Assembly: GCA_002633005.1 (NCBI GenBank)
Contig: NMRA01000801.1
Span: 1 to 64,000 of the forward strand
Length of the DNA stretch: 64,000 nucleotides
Reading direction: 5' to 3'
Origin: Phoronis australis
Lineage: Eukaryota; Animalia; Phoronida
The translations under genes were made by a program, and so were the position numbers. The notes below the pieces were generated by a model. The model searched no databases. It was not told the origin of the DNA and was given only the letters and a program-made list of their open reading frames with translations. The number at the start of each line of letters is the position of its first letter. Position 1 is the stretch's first letter. Of this stretch, positions 49,285 to 61,645 are shown in pieces.

Positions 49285-50009
49285 CTGGAAAGAAGAAGAA
49301 ATCTCAAATAATGTTATGTTCCATAATTTCACTAGAAGACGCTGGAAAGAAGAAGAAATCTCAAATAATGTTATGTTCCATAATTTCACCAGAAGTTAAA
49401 AAAACAGTTAAACATTGGAAAGACAAACCAACCTGGAATTTCTCTAAAAGACTCATTGTGACCAAAATTATGTAAATTTTGTTGAACATGATGCTCCATT
49501 TATTTCTAAATAAATGCTCTCATTGGCTGATCTCACGTCCAGCGCTAGTTGATGTGAAAAGATGAACCAGGCTAATGGCAGTGAGGAGAGCACAACAGTC
49601 AATATTGATGACTTCATATGAGTTATGAAGGACCTTATCAACAAAAGTGTGTAGTTTGACAAATATCTGCAAAAACTATAGAATTTAAGCCAGTAAAAAT
49701 ATATACTTTCTGAAAGTATAAAGTCTGTAGAACGTAATTTTTGATGTTTTACCAATCTGCCATTAAATGGGTCACCTGACTTGACCATACCCTTTGAGTA
49801 ACAGGGAGCTAAACATAAATAGTAAAACAAGAGAATCAATTTTATTTGCTATAAAATTCCAAGGTGAGATCTCAAAAAGCTGTTTAGTTACAACTTTTGA
49901 TTTTTTAAGACAATCTTTATTTTGATAGCCCTTAATGCAAAAGATTTCAAAACAATAGCTAATAATGCTTTGAAGAACAGAGAATAAAGCACAGTATTTA
50001 GAAGGTTCA

Positions 50010-50233
50010 TACCATTTGTGAGATATGCCGGGTGAACCTTCAGCTGGCTCATCATATACCATTACAGTTGGCCATTTGTGAGATATGCTGGGTGAACCTT
50101 CAGCTGGCTCATCATATACCATTACAGTCGGCCATTTGTGAGATATGCCGGGTGAACCTTCAGCTGGCTCATCATATACCATTACAGTTGGCCATTTGTG
50201 AGATATGCAGGGTGAACCTTCAGCTGGCTCATG
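50010..50233. repeat. 60-bp minisatellite beside an EVI5 donor site
   Basis: Unit CCATTTGTGAGATATGCCGGGTGAACCTTCAGCTGGCTCATCATATACCATTACAGTTGG, about 3.7 copies. Confidence 0.93.
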
Positions 50234-50257
50234 ATAGACAACTGCAGACCTACTTAC

Positions 50258-50318
50258 CCTCAACTCAACCTGCTCCACATGTTCCTTAGACTTTAGCACA
50301 GTATACTCTTTCTCCAAC
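50258..50318 (-). CDS. EVI5: EVI5 exon (LEKEYTVLKSKEHVEQVELR)
   Basis: Resembles EVI5 KLEKEYTTIKTKEMEEQVEIK; ttgcag / gtaagt; phase 2/0. Confidence 0.93.
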
Positions 50319-51222
50319 CTGCAAACAACAAAACATGATTATACCAGACTCACACCTGAGGTTCTTAAATAACACATCTTGTCAAGTCGCCCACTAACAC
50401 TTCGCAATAGCAACAACCAGACAAAACCACCCACCATCATGGTAACATCTTATTAATTCAAGATGTATCACGAAGGAAATGTAGGTCATTATTTTACCAG
50501 TTTTTGATAAAGACGAGTCTAAGTTAATAACTCGTCAGTTTGAGTTCCATACCAATCAACTTTCACCAAACAATGTTTGAGAAATAGAACTCACATCTGT
50601 TAGAAGCTTCTGAAAGAAAAAGAAACCTTAAATATGCTTTTCTGGCTTTACCTTACACAAAACTGGGTACAGTGAAGTCAACAGTAAAAAAAGTACCCAG
50701 GACTGGAACCTGCCATCATGTGTTGGTGAACACACCTTAAAACCACCGATTATACATCAGTTCAACCTTTTCAAATACGTTCAGTTGGAGAAGTCATCGA
50801 CTTACTGTTTAAGCATTACAGTTAAACGGAAACACCAATCAATATGGCTACAAGTCAGGTGATGAAATCAAATTGACACAGGTAGGGACAGACAATGAAA
50901 AATTGCAAGAAATCAATGCATGCATGATGCACTGAAAAACACCAAGGAAATAAATTACAGAGTTGCTCCATCGACAACAAATTGAGAATGAGCAGAGAGC
51001 AAAAATCACAGATCGCACAAAACTCAATGATGAATCATTTTTACTAAATCATCAAAGAAGTCATGTTGTTTTAGTTAGTGTCAGTGAAAAAAGTGCACAA
51101 AAACCAGTATCCAAATAAGACATTTAGAAAATGAGCAATCAATGTCGTTCCCTTGAAAACATTCTTTTTTAAATAAGAACTTGGAAACACCAGTTTTCTG
51201 CAATAAAACTACAAAGTACCAG

Positions 51223-52290
51223 ACAAGAGCAACGCAGAGTGTTGAAATGCGCCCACAATTGCACCGTATATGGTATCCTTCTAGGGATGTTTATTGGTAC
51301 CATACAGTGGCCAGTAGAGGGCATATATGTAGTATGTTGTACTTTGCAAAATGGAAAAGGATGGTCATTGTCTCCTCAATAGGCTAGGGGCAAAATGTGA
51401 GTGATCTTCATAATACAAGCACATCCTATACATCAGTTGCTTAATGCACCACAGAAACATAGAATTAAAAACAAATTTACCAACATACGAGATAAGTACA
51501 GCATTAGAATGCCAGAAACAAATTTCTACTTGGAACTTTTCCTTCATAGTCACGAAGAAACACAAAGTATACACCTGAAGACCTATGAAAAAACAGAGGT
51601 CAATGTAAAATACTAAAATTGCCACTAGAGGCATACCGGTAGTCAGAATCATCCTAAAGTCGCCATCGTCCGTTGTCAACATCACATAAATACACTTGCT
51701 AAATTTAGTAAAGATCCTGCAAACGGTTTGGGAGATACACCCATGGGCGCAAAAAAAAAACTGCCACTAGGAGGTGCCACAGTAATCAAAGTCATGAGAA
51801 ATTCAGCGTCAACCGTCCTCTTCATAGCAAGAACATACATGCCAATTTTCACAATCATACTTATAGTGATTTGGTTGATAGAGGGGTGGACGCCAAAAAA
51901 CAGACCCAAAAACAGTAAAAATGGCCACTGGGTGTCGCAAACTAGGTCGAATCCATCCCAAAACGGGAGGATAGCGTCATCGCACTAATAGGTAACTACA
52001 TACCAAATTTCATGAAAATCCGTTAAGGACTTGTGAAGATACAGAGACGTAAACGTAAAAAAATAAAATTGCCACTAGGGGGCACACCGGTAGTCGGATC
52101 CGTCCGAAAGTTCGCACATGCCGTCCCATTCATGAATGGAACATGTGTGCCAAATTTCATGAACGTATGTCAAAGGGTTTTGGAGATACAGCAGCGGACG
52201 CCAGACGCCGCCCGGACGGACGGACGGACGGACGGACGGACGAAGATGACAGCATAATGCGTCCACATATAAATATGTGGACGCATTATG
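51223..52290 (+). mobile_element. Non-autonomous Helentron-type (HINE/pearl-like) element
   Basis: Starts ACAAGAGC; diverged internal units with CCACTAG(R)GG; (GGAC)n at 52214-52242; terminal 18-bp perfect hairpin at 52253-52290. Confidence 0.72.
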
Positions 52291-53169
52291 CCGAATGATG
52301 TGCTCATTCGATGAAGACTTCACAGGTCGATCGCTGAGTTTCACAGGAATACACTTATCAAGGAATAAAAGAGAGGCTCCGTGAACGTGCACAGACAAAC
52401 GAACTTATGGCTAGTTCCAAAAACCATTTGAATGACTTGTCACGGTGTCAGTGAGCTAACTGCGCGATGATGGAAACGACTGACGTTTGCGTTAGCAGCC
52501 ACGAAATTCCGCAAGTGAAACGCCTTCTAGGAGAAGTGCAGATGTGTCTCACGGACCATCCTGATTTTGCACTGCATCTAAAAAAAAGGTGTGTTTATGA
52601 TGTTTTATAGGGCTGAGAAAAAGAACTGGTCGAAAACATCATACACCCAGAGGACCAAACATAAGCCTGACGAACGAGTAAGTCATCAAACAGGTTATAA
52701 AAAAACGTAATGTTCTCACACCTTGAATTAATTGTAATTGTTTATATGTTTTCATAGCCAATTACAATTCTCCATAATCAAAAATTGATCAACACCGACC
52801 TGACGAAATGCAGACCACTGACAGACACGGAGAAGTTTCACAGCCTTATACTTGCTATCAGTGGCGTACTTTTCATTCTTCACTACCGTGAGTCACTTCC
52901 CAAGCATTATGGGCTCTCAAGGAAATCGGAAAAATGATATACCCGCTTTCCTCGCACCTTCATAGTTTGCACAAGTGGGAACGATACACCACACCATAGC
53001 GGCACTCACTCTACCGAAGAACCACTGACGTCACTACGTCGTTTCTCACCTTCTGTACAGGTTAACGCGACACCTCTCGGCGAGGTAAGATCAACCGTAT
53101 AGGAAATCATGTGGATATAGACCAATTAAGATGGTAAAAAAGACTAATTAAATCGAGTGGCATTCTCCT
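52291..53169. mobile_element. Third Kolobok-type relic, distinct subfamily (left end missing)
   Basis: Right end GAGTGGCATTCTCCT|TTAA; + strand KolX-like DLSRCQ*ANCAMMETTDVCVSSHEIPQVK...CLTDHPDF; - strand THAP from ATG 52997: MVWCIVPTCANY...GISFFRFP*...KYKAVKLLRVC..GLHF. Confidence 0.78.
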
Positions 53170-56138
53170 TTAATCTATCGAACTACAAATAATTTGCAGA
53201 GACAATACAATAACAAATAAAACAAACTGTGCTCACAAACACGGTGCAGGAAATACAATCGTCCAGCAGCTTGTTCATGGCACAGTGACAGTGTTGAGTA
53301 ACTCTGTACAAATCAATTCCAAATCATTTCATTCAATGAATATCATTTCTTACTCATCATCGCTGTTATCCTTCCCATAATGCATCAGCCGCTGGGCGCT
53401 AACTTTACGCTCATTTCTCAACTTGCGTTCTTCTTTTACACACTTCTCCAACAAGCCCGTATCAAGTGTGCGAATCACCACTCTCCGTGTACCGCTGCTG
53501 CGTTCAGGTGCACTGAATGACCTCGTGAACCCACTTTTGCGAGGGTCAGAGGCCGCCGAGGTCAAGTTAGGATCGACCAGTTCTACCTGGCTGTCAACAA
53601 CAGCACTCATAGCCTGTCACTAAACTCAGTCAAAGGTGAGCAAATATGGATGACCTTACCTAATGAACCAGTACACGCTCAATATGATGAAAAAATAGAT
53701 TCATTTCATCTTGATTAATGCCATGAGTTGAACTGTAAAGGTCAGGGCATGTCTGCAGTTGACACAGAGTACAAACATACGCATGGGACCAGTCAGCCAG
53801 ATATCAGGCAGGATTATTTGTTTGCCCTTGTCAGACAGAATCAGTTTCTGTCAACTATTTAATTGAACTCCTGGTCCCAAGAGACCAAATCACACTGTGG
53901 GCTTTAATCCACTTCTCCACTAAACATGACCAAGCCTTGGTGAAGAATACACACAGGAACCAATTGACAGTCCAGCCAGTGATACCAAAAGTAAACACAG
54001 ATCAAGTACAATAGAAGACACCAGCCAATTGTAAGTATAGCTAAATGGACAATGTAGACTCTGCACCTACACAAAGGGGGCCTACCATCAACACAAGTGA
54101 AGGGTTTTCAACAATGCACCATATCACACAACACACCTTGTCTGCAGATTTAACACATGATGAAATGACTATAAACTGCACAAGGGGCAGGAGGCAAACT
54201 TTTTATATGACTTAATATTTTTCATACATATATTAAGTTTATGCTTTTATGATGAATGGTGGCTAAAATGCATGAAACATGGCCCAAAAAAGGCCACTGA
54301 ACAACAGACAGAAAGCCGTTGGATAGAAAATGTATTAAAAAGCCAATTAATCCTAGGTTTAAGTGTGTGCATTCAGTTGTATAAAGTTAGGATAGGAGTC
54401 TTTCACTAGTCATTGCAATATGCTTTAAAACTTGACAATATATCCTCTCAACGGCACATTCACAGTGCTCTTCACAGACTGAAGGTCAAAATGTTAGTTT
54501 ATTCCCAATCTCAGGTAGAATGGACACTCAGTGTTAACGAACCAAATAACAAATTCACAGGATGCACAATGCTCCAATCCATAATGAAAACATCGAGGAT
54601 GAAGACCATGAAATCTACAAGAACTCTACACCCTCCCGAACATCATTTACAATTGAACACCACCTGTTGGCAGCCGACAAACCAAGAAATATCATGAAGC
54701 GCAAGAAACAGCAAGGACCGAAGAATCCAGGAATGTTGCAAACTAGCAACACGTGCTTACTGACGACGTCAGTTTTTAAAAGCAGTGACTCCAAATCCAA
54801 GCATATCCTTCAATCAATATCTTTAAGTGATCCTTGAGTCCACTCTCAATAAGTTCTGTTTGACACACTATCCATAGAACAACCACCGTCTGCTTGTCTA
54901 CAGCAATACAACAATGTGTTTTAGCAAGATTGATCTGGTGTGCACAGCACTACTTCTCTGTTTAATCACGAAGGTAAAACACAGGTAAATCATTACAGGT
55001 GGCCATCCTGCCCAGATATGCACAGGTAGACCATATAAGCATCCTTATTGTAACCCATCAAATATTTTCATTGATCAAATAAAACCTCATTAAGCCTTCT
55101 AAAACTCTGAACGCGCTATCTTCCAAAGAAATAAAAAAATCTGTGTCAAAACTCGTTAATGTAAAGTTTTGCAAATATTTTCAACTATCAAGTTGTTGAA
55201 TACTTTAACTCTGCAAATCAAAAATGTCAAAAATGTAAAACAATAAGCATGTGCTTGAAGTTTAGGAATGTTTATCACTTAACCCCTGACCTGTGCAAAC
55301 AGTCTTCAAAGGCCAGGCATTGTACTGGTTCATTCAAGCAGAGCAGGCTACTTAACATGAATGGACCAAGTTGAATCATCTCACAGCTTAAAAGACTGGA
55401 GACATTTGAAGCCTCCAGTGAAGAGATATTTATTATTTTAGAAGTATTAGACTTATTGGACTACCCCATGCCATATTAGACTTATTGGACTACCCCATGC
55501 CATATTTCTATTTTTTCAGAGACTTGCCACATTGTTGCACATGCCCAAAATTTTACCAAATGTAAAAGCTACGACATACAAACCGTGCTAAAAGCCAACT
55601 GAAGTAAATTTTCTAGAAAAGATGACTATGTTTTGTTTAGAAATTTGATGAAATGAAATTTCACATGTCTGAAGAATTTTTACTGTTAGTAGTCAAATGA
55701 TATGTGATGTAGCCATTTTGTGCCATATTTTGTTGCAGAATCAAAGACTAAAAGTAGTTGTAACGACTAAGAGTCTGAATACTTAGGACAAACAATGAAC
55801 AACAAGAGAAACTATGTTTTGCTAAATTTCTCCACAAAAGTAAAGACGAACATGTTAATCTTACAAGACATGGACTGTACTGTCTAGATGTCATACAGGA
55901 AAACTTGATTAGCTTCTGAATTTGCAAAGTGTAATGAGCCATTAAAATGGGAAAATGACCATTTTGCCGATTATTTTTGTGCCAAGTAAGACAACTACAG
56001 TAGGAATATCTTGGTGACAAATACAAGATAATTGGAAACTTAAGCCATCAGTGTGGTCAGAGTGATGCTCAATACATTGCAAGCACTCAGATAATTTTGG
56101 GTGGAAAAATGACAAATTCCTGTGATTGCACAGCTTCC

Positions 56139-56290
56139 AAATACAGAGTTCACATGTTCACATGCAGTTCAATACAGAGTTCACATGTTCACATGCAGTT
56201 CAATACAGAGTTCACATGTTTACATGCAGTTCAATACAGAGTTCACATGTTCACATGCAGTCCAATACAGAGTTCACATGTTCACATGCA
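56139..56290. repeat. 31-bp minisatellite
   Basis: Unit AATACAGAGTTCACATGTTCACATGCAGTTC, about 5 copies. Confidence 0.93.
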
Positions 56291-57143
56291 TTCCAATCAG
56301 AAAAATCAGATGTATGTCTTTAATGTTTCCTTTAGGAGGCAAACTTGAAAAAAATCTACTTTTTCACCACATTATGCACTATTAGAAAATGGTTTACCTA
56401 AATTCCTGATAAAACAAACATGAACACAATGTTCTGATTAGGCCACAAATAATGTTTGGCTCTCGTCTGATACTGAAGGGGTACTTTTTAGTTCTCCATA
56501 TTTTCAACAAATAAGTCTCCTAATGACAGCTGGGCCTTTTTTATCAAAACCTTTTATACTCAGCGCCACCTGATGTCAGTTTTGATTGTCAGGTTTCAAA
56601 ATGAGTCGGGTGCATACCAGAACCAATTATACTATTTAATGGATTCAGGTAATATCAATTTACAAAAAATGGTTATGAACCAGATCTTCTCAAACGCCAA
56701 AGACTGCACTGGCACACATCAAAACTAAAGACTTCACACAAGCAGCCTTACTGAACAATTCAAGGATAGCGAAATGAAAACCATTGCGTACACAACCAAG
56801 AGCAGATTTGTGACCGAGTCCTCCAAACCAGAATTCATACAGAGTTACGCAGGTCTTCTCGGCAAGCTGACAGTTGATTTGGGACAAATGGTACCTGTTA
56901 ACTCAAATCTATCATAAATTGAATGTCGGACTACCAAAACGGAGTGATCTGTACATAACTAAGTCAGCTGGTGGTCGTGTGTGGGACGACCACTATCCCA
57001 CAATCCTTTGTGTCTCTACCCGATGGTAAGAGCAACTAATGTACATCTTCGTAACAATTACTCTTGACTTCTCAGTGGTGACATCACAATCAAAAGACAA
57101 AAAGCCAACCAGGGGGCCACCTATGGAATATCACTTGACTTAC

Positions 57144-57247
57144 TTCTTCATCTTCCTCATATTGTACTTGACACAGAATGATGTCTGTAGCAGGTGTTCA
57201 GCTGCCTCATCACTAGTGTAGCGGGCAGGAACATCTTTTTGGAAGTA
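57144..57247 (-). CDS. EVI5: EVI5 exon (YFQKDVPARY...VKYNMRKMKK)
   Basis: Resembles EVI5 HFQKVIP...VKYNSKKMKK; ttttcag / gtaagt; phase 0/2. Confidence 0.93.
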
Positions 57248-57471
57248 CTGAAAATACAACACACAACTTTCCAGCTTTTGAAAACAAATATAGACTATAC
57301 AAGGGATTGGCAGAAGTATCCATAAGTATAAAGCAGTCATGAGAGCTGTTTCGGAAACAAGGATAGAAGCGCCCTCATGAGGACTCTTGTGAGATAATTT
57401 GGCATGTGGAGAAGGCTAGTACGAAGTCAGTACTTTCACATTTTTAATATTCAAATGGAGCGTTAAAATAT

Positions 57472-58988
57472 GTGACCCAGAACCACAAAATGAGTCTTAA
57501 GTAGGGATTTGCCATTTTTACTTGTAATTGTTGTTTTTTTCTGAAAATACAGTATTTTCTGATCATTTTGATGAATGAAACATATCCTTATCTTAACAAA
57601 TGGCCGAGTTATTGATATTTCAAGTCGGGGAAAGCAAAAATTTAGAGCTCACATAAGTCAAGGAAAATGGCCAAGCAAAAGTGGTGATAGTGTCATTAAA
57701 ATTTCCATCACAACCTGCAATTGAGTGCTACATTTTAGACTTATTAATATACAAAACAACATAAACAAAAAGGAATCAAAAATTATAAAAAATATTGACC
57801 TTATTCATGTTCAGTTACTGCAACTGGGTCAATAAATTTCCCAGCTAATGTATTCGGGATCAGTCCACTTGTGGCAGGAGGGGTTACCGCAAGTAAAACA
57901 AATAGTTACTGTGTATTTTGTGGAAGTTTAATAAAACAAAGTCCTGCAGGTAACAAAATACACATTAGTGGCTGACTTATGTTCACATTAATTCAAAAGT
58001 TTACGCTAGTTTAAATAATTTTGAAAATAAATGACCATCACTCATCCCTATCCAAGTCCTTCACTGATAACTGCAGAGCAACGATTTACTCGACATCACA
58101 CTGAGTGATGCAGTCCTGTCGAAGATTGTTCTCTCTCACAGCAACTTTCAGCTGCTCGCACCCCGATCCACTGGCTTTGCAGGAAGAAGACATTGTTCTG
58201 CAATTAAGCTAATCTGGAGTGTTTTCCTTAAGTTCTGCTTGTTCGAATCCAAGGTAACCGTATTCACGATGGGTCGATCATGAAACTCATCTTGCGACGA
58301 GTTGCTGTCGTCAGACGACTCGTCGCTGCCACGAAATTCCTCCTTGTCTCCATCCACAATGTGCTCTTCGATGAGTTCAGTTAATTCTCGCTGATCTTGA
58401 TACAGCAGTCAGAGGCAAGAGTTAGTCAGATAAATGTATCAGCTACACGACGATCAGCCATCTTACTGTCTTGTCAACACGTCGTGACCTCGAGACCCCA
58501 CAATTTCACACCCACTTGACTAGTTCTAGCGAATGAGGTCAGCGATGTACTAGGTTAAAAGGTCGTTGCTAGCTAAAGGACTGATGAGTGTCACTTCTGT
58601 TGAATTTACCCCAAATGGAAAAAGTGAAATTACAACTAATGATTGGATGAATAACTCAATGAGCTTGCTACATGCATAATGAGTGGAGTTTGACCTTTCT
58701 GTTGACGTCTTTCGGAGTGAATTGGGTCACCGGGTGATTGAGGAATGAGGTCACGAAAACTGGCAAATTTTGATGAAAATTTCACAAGCTATCCAGTTGT
58801 GGAGAAGGTGATGTTTTTCAAAATGAAATAAATAAGGTTTAAAATGAAGTTTGCTTGTTTTAAAGCAGTGTTTTGTGAAGTAGAGGGAATAAATAATCAT
58901 AATCTGCAATAAAAAAGTTTTGACCTAATTATCACCGAAAGCGACTGTTAGCAGTCCGGTCAAGACTCATTTTGTCGTGCTGGGTCAC
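57472..58988. mobile_element. Non-autonomous DNA transposon with ATAT flanks (possibly Sola1-like)
   Basis: 27-bp TIR GTGACCCAGAACCACAAAATGAGTCTT (25/27 match); ATAT on both sides; degenerate acidic minus-strand ORF at about 58148-58461. Confidence 0.75.
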
Positions 58989-59540
58989 ATATTTGGAGTT
59001 TACCACTAGTGAACAGAAGCATAGAAACACTTATCTTTTATAATAGTCATCTTCCTCTCACAACATGGGGTAAAATAAACAATTCAAGAATGCAGACTTT
59101 TTTCATCAAAATGAGAAATATGCTAATTACATTGCATATCGGTTCCATAAATACTAAATCCTTCAAGTATACATAGCTTACTCATCTGCATACTACATAG
59201 AAACTGAACTTCTAAAACAACTTGATACAATGGTAGATGGTGTTCCTTTTTCACAAACTATGTGTTGGGTATTCTCACTAACACCACTTTCCAATAAATT
59301 CTTTTCTCATAGCAAAACGTTTGTTCAGAAACCCAACAATTTTTCTGAAAACATTTCTTTCCCCATGAACCATGTCTTTTCTCAGTTTTTTGTCCAGAAC
59401 ATACTAGACATCAAAAAAATGTTGTTGGTGAGAATGGCCGAGTGTTTTATAGGAGACAAAGACTGACCATTACAATGCCCAAAGACTGACCCTTGCAATG
59501 CCCAAAGACTGACCCTTTCAATGCTCAAAACTGCCAATAC

Positions 59541-59630
59541 CTGTAACATCTGTTCCATGTCCAAGCACAACAAGTCTGGCAGTACATCCTGCAGCAAGGC
59601 TATGCCCACCTTGAAGATCACCTCAGTACC
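59541..59630 (-). CDS. EVI5: EVI5 exon (GTEVIFKVGIALLQDVLPDLLCLDMEQMLQ)
   Basis: TBC C-terminal helix, resembles GLEIVFRVGLALLQ...LDMEGMLQ; tatctag / gtattg. Confidence 0.94.
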
Positions 59631-60926
59631 CTAGATAAAACATGGAGATCACAATGGTACCCTAGATAAAACATGGAAACAGTAACTTATATAGTGTCGC
59701 TATTTATAACACATGTATTTTATGCAGCATTAAATGCACGTCTCACCAATTTACAACACAATATGGCAGATAAGTGTAACTTCATTGTTTCACTTCTTTC
59801 ACGTAAGATTAGAAGCCAAAAATAAATGCTTTATCATTTTCAAGTTCTATACATTAGCTACCATTCAACAACATTGTGAGAAAGTGAGGACAATCTTAAT
59901 AACATCAGAAGACTTTGAAAATGGAAAGATCAATTATGGCAAATATTTTTGTGTAAATATGAGGAGATATTACCAGACATTGACATGAATGAAACTTAAC
60001 TCTCCATTACAGAGTAGTTTTCAAGTTAACAACTATTGGACAAAAGGTGAACAATCAATGTAAGGAATTTACCTGGCAAGAGTAATTACTGTTACAGACA
60101 AAACAGAGCTAAGCCGCTTGCAAAAATGCTCATAGCTGTATTTTGCCCAGTTTAGCTGGTTAAGAAATGAAAATCAAATTAGGCCTTATACTTCAGAGTA
60201 TATTGAGACTGATATAACCTAACATAGTGATTTGGAAAATGGCACATGAGATGAGTGCATTGCCTGAGACTTGAGTTTATTGAGGTTGGTCTACACTAAC
60301 ATTGTGAGGTTGGTCTACACTAACATTGTCAAGTTGGTCTACACTAACATTGTGAAGTTGCAAATGGCACGGGCGCATTGCCCGAGACTTGAGTTGACGG
60401 CTTATTCAAAATCCGATGAGTGTGGTAAATTTTTAAATCCCAAAGCACTTAGCTATAGAACTCAACATGGACGAGTAAACAGGAGGAATGCAGATTCAAT
60501 TATGTGAAAAATTTGACACAAAAATGACGCAGTTCAGTGTCCTCTTCAGCAACAAACATGAATGCAGGGGTAATGGCACGAGGGGGTAACCCCACAATGC
60601 AGGGGTAATTTCACAATGCAGGGTAATGCCACACCGTGGGGGGGTAACCCCACAACACACAACACAGGGTACCACCACAATGTGGGGGTACTACCACAAC
60701 AGATAATGAGACATAGACAACCATGTTGTGTGATCACGGTGAAATTTTATTGCGAATATTAAGGTCATAAGTAGGCTACAACTTTGACTAAAGAATGAGA
60801 CTTTAATGACCCAACACTACATCTTAGTGTTACCTATAGAATTGCAGTAGTCAATCAAATCAGTCAAAATAAAATTTGAACGTTATGGCCAAACTTGAGC
60901 TTGGTGAGAAGACTGATGTTAGTTAC

Positions 60927-61070
60927 CTCAGAGATGAAGACGTCCATGATTCTACAGGCGATAGGTAGTGGCAGCACTGTTGTAAAGAGTGTGAGGAACC
61001 ACTGAGAGGCGTACATAGACGTGTGGAAACTCTGACTTTGGAAGTGTAAGTAGAGATTAGGCATGACTTC
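60927..61070 (-). CDS. EVI5: EVI5 exon, TBC domain (EVMPNLYLHFQSQSFHTSMYASQWFLTLF...IMDVFISE)
   Basis: Matches EVI5 HFQSQSFHTSMYASSWFLT; tcacag / gtaact. Confidence 0.96.
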
Positions 61071-61437
61071 CTGTGAATGGACATAGAATAAGTCTGACCA
61101 CAAGGACAATGTGACTTAACACAGTATTTCCAATCTATATATGTCAATTAACACTTCTTACAATTTAATATCATAATTCATAGTTGCTCTAAATATTTTC
61201 CAAGCCATAAATGGCCCAGTTTTAAAAAGTTCATTACTCTAGCCTGCGAAAATTATTTTTTACAATCTGTTTTACTAGCTGATGACCTAAGTAATCAATT
61301 AGGTTTAAGTGCAAATCACTTTCTATCCCAAATTTGAAGAATTTGACGATATTTGTGCAGGAAACAGCAGAAACAGGGAGGCAAAATTATGTCACAATAA
61401 GCTTGTGGTGCATCTAATTCTCTCTACCTGGATGAAT

Positions 61438-61645
61438 GAGATGGAGGGCACTAGATGGAGGGCACGAGATGGAGGGCACGAGATGGAGGGCACGAGATGG
61501 AGGGCACGAGATGGAGGGCACGAGATGGAGGGCACGAGATGGAGGGCACGAGATGGAGGGCACGAGATGGAGGGCACGAGATGGAGGGCACGAGATGGAG
61601 GGCACGAGACGGAGAACATGAGATGGAGGACACGAGATGGAGGGC
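61438..61645. repeat. 14-bp purine-rich minisatellite
   Basis: Unit GAGATGGAGGGCAC, about 14 copies. Confidence 0.95.

Noticed and set aside
54413-54900. Overlapping ORFs in the EVI5 intron
   Set aside because: No recognisable motif, and the nearest acceptor read in the required phase hits a stop after 16 codons
58148-58357. Acidic ORF as an EVI5 exon
   Set aside because: Lies inside a TIR-bounded element, and the flanking EVI5 exons join in phase without it
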